Of a stretch of DNA of 64,000 nucleotides, positions 48,001-56,900 are shown piece by piece. The notes under the pieces are model-generated. The model searched no databases and was not told the origin of the DNA. It saw nothing but the letters and a program-made list of their open reading frames with translations. Both the position numbers and the translations under genes were made by a program. Source of the stretch: Octopus sinensis (Eukaryota); contig NC_042998.1 in NCBI RefSeq assembly GCF_006345805.1, forward strand, positions 186,310,001 through 186,374,000. Direction: 5' to 3'. Every line of letters starts with the position of its first letter. Position 1 is the first letter of the stretch.

Positions 48001-50313
48001 CTTTCTTGCTCCCCCTTTCTCACATTTCTTGGCATTCTCTTTCTTTAACCCCTCTACTTTCCTCTTACCTCTCGTGCCTCTCTCTCTCTCTCTCTCTCTA
48101 GTTTCTTCCCTAATTCTTCAATCTCTCTGCTCCCTACCGCTCTCTGTTCCTCCCATGTGACGGTGCTCAGCCAAGCATGATCTTTCTTTCTTGGACTGAC
48201 CACTGCTCGCACAACACCTTATTTTCCTGTTTGTTGCCACAAGGCTTCCACTTCACACACCAGCTTAGCTAAACTTCTTTTAGTTGAAAGACATCTGTTG
48301 ATATTCTTGTTGTTTGTATTTGTACTCGTATAACATTTTCTCCGTTTTCTCATTTTTTTTGTCTGTGTTGTTGCACATATTCACTCGATTTCTTCCCAAA
48401 ATTTAACGCCCTTAGCTTAGATTTTTGGGGCCTACCAATTTTGAACAGTCTCAAGTGTAACAGGCTGAAACTGTAATGATAAGTGGAAGCTTGACTGAAG
48501 AATAGAAAGCCACAAATGTTCAATCCTTGTTTTCTTGTCCGTCTTTGTATCGTCCTTCTGTCTGTATGTTTTCATTGTCATCCATTACATTCTTCTTCTG
48601 CTATATATATCAAAACAGAAAATTTGGGGGGTTTTATTCACCATTACATGTGTTTTATGTCATTTGCAAATAAGAGTTACAAAATTGAATATGTTGTAAA
48701 AAACATGCAAGATATCCCATCTTAGAAATTCTTCAGACAAAGAATCCAATAGTATAAAATTTACACCTGGATGAACATTTATATATACTTTTAGTAATCA
48801 GGAGTCCTTTAGATAGGGGTGAAAAACATATCTAGTAACATAGGAAAGAGAGAAAGAGGTTTATAGAATGAAGTAATAATCATGCATATTTGTACTGAAA
48901 CTTTTTACTGTTACATTACTTAGTTCATCAGTTTGATGCTTCTGTAGTTTTTTCTTTCTAGAGCAATGTTTTTTAACTTTTGTGATGTTTTGTTTGGTTT
49001 TTTCTGTTTGCTTTTTTGTTTTTTCTGTATTTCCTGCTATACCAGCTCGACATCCTAATTTCATCTCGCACCTGATAATAAAAAATATGTCTTCTTCACA
49101 GGACAGTTCATTACATAACATTAACAGCTTTATATCGATTTAACATTAGCATTATTAAAATAAACATTAAGAGAATAGATCTAGCTAAAACACTGTGAAC
49201 ATTGACAGAGAATTCTTCAAAGTAAAAACAATTTACTCACAAGAATCCCAAAATTCCCACCAAGGTCAGGAGAATAAGGTGGACGAGGAATTTTTTCCCA
49301 ACCAAGCTCTTCAATCTTCTGTGATGTGATCTTTGCAGTGTAGGGTTGTGCATTGTCCTGATAAAACATCACTCCTTTTCGATTCACTAAAGCAGGTATT
49401 TTTTTTCTTCAAAGCTTAGTTCAAATGTTCTAATTGCTGACAGTAGACTTGAGCATTGATTGTTGCATTAGGTGATAACAATTCAAAGTGAATTACTCCT
49501 TTGCAATCCCACCAGATAGAGAGAAGAACATTTTTTCTCTGAAGTTCCCTTCTTGGTTGTGGTTCAGCTTTTTCCCTTTTACCAAGCCACTGTTTACAAC
49601 ATTTAACATTTCAATAGAAGATCCATTTTGCGTCACCAGTCTCAAGTATATCCGAAAAGGGTGAAATGAGTTTGCGAGAATGGAGAGAAGAGCAGATGTC
49701 AACTCGGGATTTGTGGTTGCTTTTCAAAAATTCATGAGGCACCCATTTTCTAAGTTTAGGAACCTTTCCAAGTTGTTAAAGATGACAATGAACAGTTGTA
49801 TGGTTTGAACTAAGCTCTATTGCCAATTCTTCAACTGATAATGCAGGATTTTTTTCAAGTAATGCCTCAAGGAGCTTATCATCAAACTCAACTGGACGTC
49901 CTGTTCGATCTTCATCTTCAAGGCTGAAATCTCCACTTCTGAATTTTCCAAACCATCTTCTGCAAGTTCTTTCATTCAAACATTCTTTCCTATAAACTGA
50001 GTGTATGTTTCAAATCGCTTCGGCTGCAGAGTTTCCTTTTTTGTACTCATAAAGCATGTGCCTTAAATGTTCTTTGGATACTTCCATGTTAGAAAGGTTT
50101 TAAATCAAAGAAATTTTAATTCTATTAAATCCTTTAAAATGTTTTAGCCCGAAGGCCGCGGCCATGCTGGGGCACCAAAATAATATTTAATTAGTTTAAA
50201 TGTGCACAAATGCATAAAAATATTTTAAAATTCCATTAGACACTCTAAAATACTATTAAATTTCATTCAATTTTAAAAAAGGTAAAATCGAACAGAACTT
50301 ATGGGATGATCTG

Positions 50314-50390
<77 letters not shown>

Positions 50391-50412
50391 CATAAATATA
50401 TATACATATATA

Positions 50413-50460
<48 letters not shown>

Positions 50461-50894
50461 ATACATAAATATACCATCATCGTCATCATTGTTTAACATC
50501 CGTTTTCCATACTGGCATGGGTTGGATGGTTTGACTGAGGTCTGGAAAGCCAGTGGCTACACCAGGCTCCAAATCTGATCTAGCAATGTTTCTACAGCTG
50601 GGTGCCCTTACTAACGCCAACCACTCTGAGACTGAAGTGGGTGCTTTTTATGTGCCACCGGCATGGAGCCTGTCAGGGGGCACTGGCATTGGCCACGTTC
50701 AGATGGTGCTTTTTACGTGCTATCAGCACGGGAACCAGTCACGCAGCCCTGACATCGATCACGTTCAGATAGTGCTTTTTATGTGTCACTGGCATGAGAA
50801 CCAGTAAGGAGGCACTGGCATTCATCATGTTCGGATGATGCATTTTATGTGCCACTGAAATGGAATTATATATGTGTGTGTATATGTATGTATG

Positions 50895-50946
<52 letters not shown>

Positions 50947-53900
50947 TTTGATTATATGAACAGGAAAACAGAACTCAAAGCATGAGTATATATCTATATT
51001 TTATTATTAATGGACAGGACTAAGGTGGCAAGCTGGCAGAATCATTAGCATATGGGGCAAAATGCTTAGTGGTATTTTGTCTGCCACTACGTTCTGAGTT
51101 CAAATTCCACCAAGGTTGACTTTGCCTTTCATCTTTTTGGGCCTGATAAATTAAATACTAGTGAAACTGAGGTTGATGTAATTAGCTGTCCCTCTCCCCC
51201 AAATTCCAGGACTTGTGCCTGTAGTAGAAAACATTATTAATGGGCAGGAATAACAAGATGACTAAAGATACACACACACACATATATTTGTATATATATG
51301 TGTGTATATGTTTCTGTGTGTGTGTGTGTGTACTATATGTATTCTAATCATGCCTTTGTGGTTGTGCTTATTACATATTGAATCATTTAAATCTTTACAG
51401 ATGAAACAAGAGATGATGATGTTGAAGATAAACAGCGAGCATGTGATTCTCTGATCATGTGTATTGTTACATCACTCAATCAAGGACTACGGAACGGAGG
51501 AGGTATTGGAGATGTCCTGCGCAAGCCCAGTAGTAAGGTGAATGTTTATGGCATTGTACCTGCCAGATTTGAAATTCTTTCCAAGATCCTGAGCAAAATA
51601 TGGTTCAAAATGTTTCACAGAGTCTACAATACAATATATGCTTTTCAATCTCATCCAGTACTCTCATTTTCAAATAACTTCTCCTCCCCATCATTACCAC
51701 TGCCCTCGGTTTGTCATTAAATTAATTTTAACAAAAAATATTTTAGAATCTGCTGTACTAATTTATTATTGTGTAGACATATATAAAATCGTGGTGCTAA
51801 GGATAAGGGTAGGGACATCATTTTCTTCTTGAATAATTAACGTTAGTGCATTGTCCTTGAAATTTTGTTTGGCTGTGGCTTTCATCATCCACTGAGTTTT
51901 GATATTTCTACCTCCAAGTCTTTATACTTAGCTCATTTATAGCCATCATCTTTAGACAACTATGTCTCTTAGGAGGCAAGGGTTAACTGGTGAAGTGTCT
52001 TAACTAAAGCCTTGACAGTGGATTTGTTAGATGAAAATAGAAAGATGCTTGTTGTATGTGTGTGTGTGTGTGTGTGTGTAGTTGTCTTGACGTCAAGTGA
52101 TGGCTATATGCAAGCATCACTGTCATACAAGTTCATTTCTAGTCTTCTGTGGAAATCATGTTTGGCCAGGGAAAATATGACCTTGTTTGGAAACAAGGTG
52201 AGGTTTGGTGACAGCTGTGGTTGTCATAAATTACTATGACTCCATTTGAAAATAACAAAAGAACTTGAATAGTTAAGCTGGTGCTAACATATTAAATGTA
52301 GAGACTATTAAAAATGCTTATGCAGTGAAGTAGGGAAAAACAATATTAGTCAGTAACTAATGTTATTCTGATGTTTGGCAGAAATGGGAAACAGTTCTGA
52401 TTCTGGATATGTGTTGGTTTTGTTATGACCTCTTCTGCTAAACTTAAACTTCATATTTACTGAAGGAATGGTGAGAAAGAATCATTAAGTAAATGTTTAC
52501 AGAAAGGCATAAAAATTAGAATTGTTTTGGAAACAAATTACTTAAGTTAACCAACATAAAGCTCTTTTGCTGCTAGTGAGTTCTATCTTCAGTATCTGTT
52601 ATCATTTACTCGTTTTAGTTATTGAATTACGGTCAACTGGAGCAGTGCCTTCAAGGGCTTTTAGTTGAACAAACCAAACCCAGTACTTGTTTTTTTCTAA
52701 GTTTGATACTTATTCTATTAGTTTCAGTTGCTAAGTTATGCTAAGTTATGGGGATGTAAACAAACCTAAATTGGTTGTCAAGATGTGGTGAAGGACAAAC
52801 ACACACACATACAACAGGTTTCTCTGCAGTTTCCGTCTACCATCACAAGGCCAGGGCTGTAGTAGAAAACATTCGCCCAAGGTGCTGCACGACAGGACTG
52901 AACCTAAAATCTCAGAGTTGCAAAGTGAGCTTCTTAATCACAGCCATATCTGCACCTATAACCATGACTATTTCACACACTTTGCAATAGTAGATACTAA
53001 TTCCATCCTTAACCCTTTCGTTACCAACCCGGCTGAAACCGCCTCTGGCTCTGAGTACAAATGTCTTGTTTTCATAAGTTTTGAATTAAAATCTTCCACT
53101 AAACTTTTGTCACACTTTATGTTCCTAACACCAGCTTAATGATAACGAAGTTATTTTACAAAATTCTTTGTTATATCTAAAATAATTGAGAGAAACACAG
53201 AGCATCCCAAAATAAATACAGTAATGAAAGGGTTAAACATTATAACAATTGATTTACTTTGCAATAATAAAAGGACTTTCTTTTTCCATCAAAAATAGAT
53301 TTCTATTTACTTTTTTCTATTTTTTTTTTATTTTTGCCACTACCAGGAACCATTGTTTGTTGCACGAGTCATCTATGACCTTCTGTTCTTCTTCATTGTA
53401 ATTATTATTGTCTTGAACTTAATATTTGGTGTCATCATTGATACCTTTGCTGATCTGAGAAGTGAAAAGCAACAAAAAGAAGAAATATTAAAGAACACTT
53501 GTTTTATATGTGGTGAGTCAATGTTTACTCCACACTTTTTCTATATGTATCTTATATTAGTCCTATATTTATTTTTTATGTTTTTCTTTTGTTGTTCTAT
53601 AATTGTTATACTTGTGTTCCATACTCCTTTGTGTGTTTCCCTATAGTGTTCTCATACTTGTTCTCATACTTCTTAATGTCTTTATCATCCTTCTATACTT
53701 GATCTTTGTGTTTCTTCCTATTTGCATTATCCCTGCTATATGTATGTGAGTGTGTGCGTGTTATATATAGAACATATAGCACTATAGAACAGTATAGAAC
53801 TATATAAGAACACGAGCATGATCGTTACCAGCGTCGCCTGACTGGCACCTGTGCCAGTGGCATGTGTAAAAAGCTTTGAGCGAGGTCATTGCCAGTACTG

Positions 53901-56900
53901 CCTGACTGGCCCCCGTGCCAGTGGCATGTAAAAAGCACCCACTGCACTCTCGGAGTTGTTGGCGTTAGGAAGGGCATCCAGCTGTAGAAACTCTGCCAGA
54001 TCAAGATTGGAGCCTGGTGCAGCCTTCTGGTTCGCCAGCCCTCAGTCAAAATCGTCCAACCCATGCTAGCATGGAAAGCGGACGTTAAACGATGATGATG
54101 ATGATGATGAATGTGAATGAGAAAGCATTACATTTTACAGAATAATCTGAATGGTAAAGGGTTCCTATATTGATATTCTAGGTTCAAAACTATCAATATA
54201 CAAACAAATAAGGCAGCTTCTGTGTGGTCATGTAACCTGCCAGAAATAACTGCTTAATTTCTCTTAAGTCCTTACCATCTTAAAAGAAAAGTAAGCTTAC
54301 ATTAGACAAAGAAGTCCTAAATATACAAAAAGATGGGATAGTCATGGCTAGAATGCCTTTGATTCAAAGGGATAATTTGGAGCTAATCAACAAAAAGTAA
54401 TCATGTTTTAGGTTCAAAATTAACCCTGATCAAGTTGATTTATGACTTGCCCTATTATTTTTGTATTCATATTCTGATAAGACGAAAATGCAACATCCAT
54501 CAATTGAATAATTAATTGTTTATGTTTGAGGTGCATTTGATTGTTTTCCTTTGATAGTTCTGGAAATGAAAACTTGATCCTGAACAATATCTGCTTCTAC
54601 TCTTGATATGAGAAGTTATTTAATGTTTTCACTTTGTCCATGTCAACTTCATTGAACATAGAAAATATCAGGGTCGATTTTGACTTAGCAGATGGGGTGC
54701 ACCTGAGCACTGTATACAATAATTTCATTATTTCATTACTCATCATCATCATCATTTAACATCCGCTTTCCATGCTAGCATGGGTTGGACGATTTGACTG
54801 AGGTCTGGCGAACCAGACTCCAATCTGATCTGGCAGAGTTTCTACAGCTGGATGCCTTTCCTAATGCCAACCACTCCTAGAGTGTAGTGGGTGCTTTATG
54901 TGCCACCAGCACAAGGACCAGTTTGGTGATACTGGCAACGGCCACGCTCAAATGGTGCTTTTTATGTGCCACCTGCACAGGAGCCAGTCCAGCGGCACTG
55001 GCAATGACCTCGCTCATATATCAATAAAATGAATACTCCTTAACTGTTGGAGCTGTTATTTAATCTGTTGTTTTCCCAATACTGCCAAAAAAAAAATGTA
55101 TGGCCATATAACATTATAAGACATTTTTATTTTTAATGCAACTATTATATTAATTATTAGGTTTGGACAGATCATCATTTGATAACAAAGCAGTGTCTTT
55201 TGAGGAACATTTAAAATCAGAACACTGTATGTGGTATTATTTATTCTTCATTGTTTTGGTCAAAGTAAAAGACCCCACTGAATTCACTGGACCAGAAAGT
55301 TATGTCTATGCAATGATTAAGGTGAGTCAACTCAAGCATTATCTTAAAACAATTTCAGTCGGTTGAACTTTCTTACTTTCACTACATTTATATTGTTATC
55401 AGTTGTTGCTGTTATCAGTTACTATGAAAGGAACCAACCTACAGCTATTAGCTTCGGTTGAGAAGGCGGCGAGCTGGCAGAAACGTTAGCACACCAGGCG
55501 AAATACTTAATGGTATTTCGTCTGCCATTGCGTTCTGAGTTCAAATTCCGCTGAGGTCGACTTTGCCTTTCATCCTTTCGGGGTCGATTAAATAAGTACC
55601 AGTTACACACTGGGGTCGGTATAATCGACTTAATCCCTTTGTTTGTCCTTATTTGTCCCCTCTGTGTTTAGCTCCTTGTGGGCAATAAAGAAATATATTA
55701 GTTTCGGTTGAGTGTCTTTCTTTTCTCCTGGATATAACTTTGCACTGTATCCACTTGTGGCTCCCTAATTCCAGGAATTTGAAGAGTATGAAATCACCTC
55801 TTAGACACTTTTGTTCCAAAGTCTACTCTGACCTGACGTAGTAGTGCCTGTCAACATCCTAGCTATAAGATGGGTTTGTGTATCACAGGAATGTCTCCAG
55901 AAGAAGGTCAGTCACAGACACCCTAATAGAGAAAAGATTGGGACTGGCTCTGCACATACTATACCCACTATAATAATAAACCATTGCTGCCTTCTGGGGT
56001 ACTTTATTAAGCATTTAAAAAGGGGTAAGGGAGTAAACCCCGACAGAAAATCTAGAAAGAGAGGCTGTAAGGTAAATATATACAGCTAAGCTTAACCAAT
56101 ATCTGGCATCCCCTGTGACTGCATGGAAGCTGTAAGTGTATTGATTTGACTTTCTGTCATGGAGTAACTATGAGTGAAGAGGTGGTCAGTGTATTTGGAG
56201 CTAGGCACTTCTGGAAACAGCCTACACATAGTGGAGGTGGTTAATCTACTGTCTCTACAACAACAGAAAAGGCCAACATAAAGTTTCTTTCTCTATATGA
56301 CATCATTGGGAGAAAAAAAAATACAATATATCAAGTTTCGTATCAAGTTTGTTTCTATATGAGTTTTGTTTTGCAGGATAAAAATTTGGACTGGTTCCCT
56401 CGTATGCGGGCTATGTCTTTGACAGCAGAAGAGAGTGATGGGGAACAGAATGAGCTACGAAATTTACAGCAGCAGCTTGATAATACAAACAAATTAGTCC
56501 TTACCCTCTCACAACAACTCATAGACCTCAAAGAACAAGTAAGTTCACCTCAAAGAAGTAAATTTGGAATTTTAATTATCATCTCCTTAAGCCCATTAGC
56601 AGATCAGTAGGATGTTGTTCTTGTTGGTTAGTCCATATCAACCGAGCCAAGAGCCTATGATCAAAACCATTCCAGACTGGAACATCCAGTATTTTATTTA
56701 TGGTGTATCTTGGACTCCACCATTTAATGTAACCTTCCTTTTTTTTTTAATATGGTAGGGAGTTGAGGGAGATTTCATTGCTATTCCTAATAGCTCAAAT
56801 GCCTCCTTCTTTTACTTGTTTCAGTCATTTGACTGCAGCCATGCTGAAGCACTGCCTTTAGTTGAACAATTTAACCCTAGGACTTATTCTTTGTAAGCCT

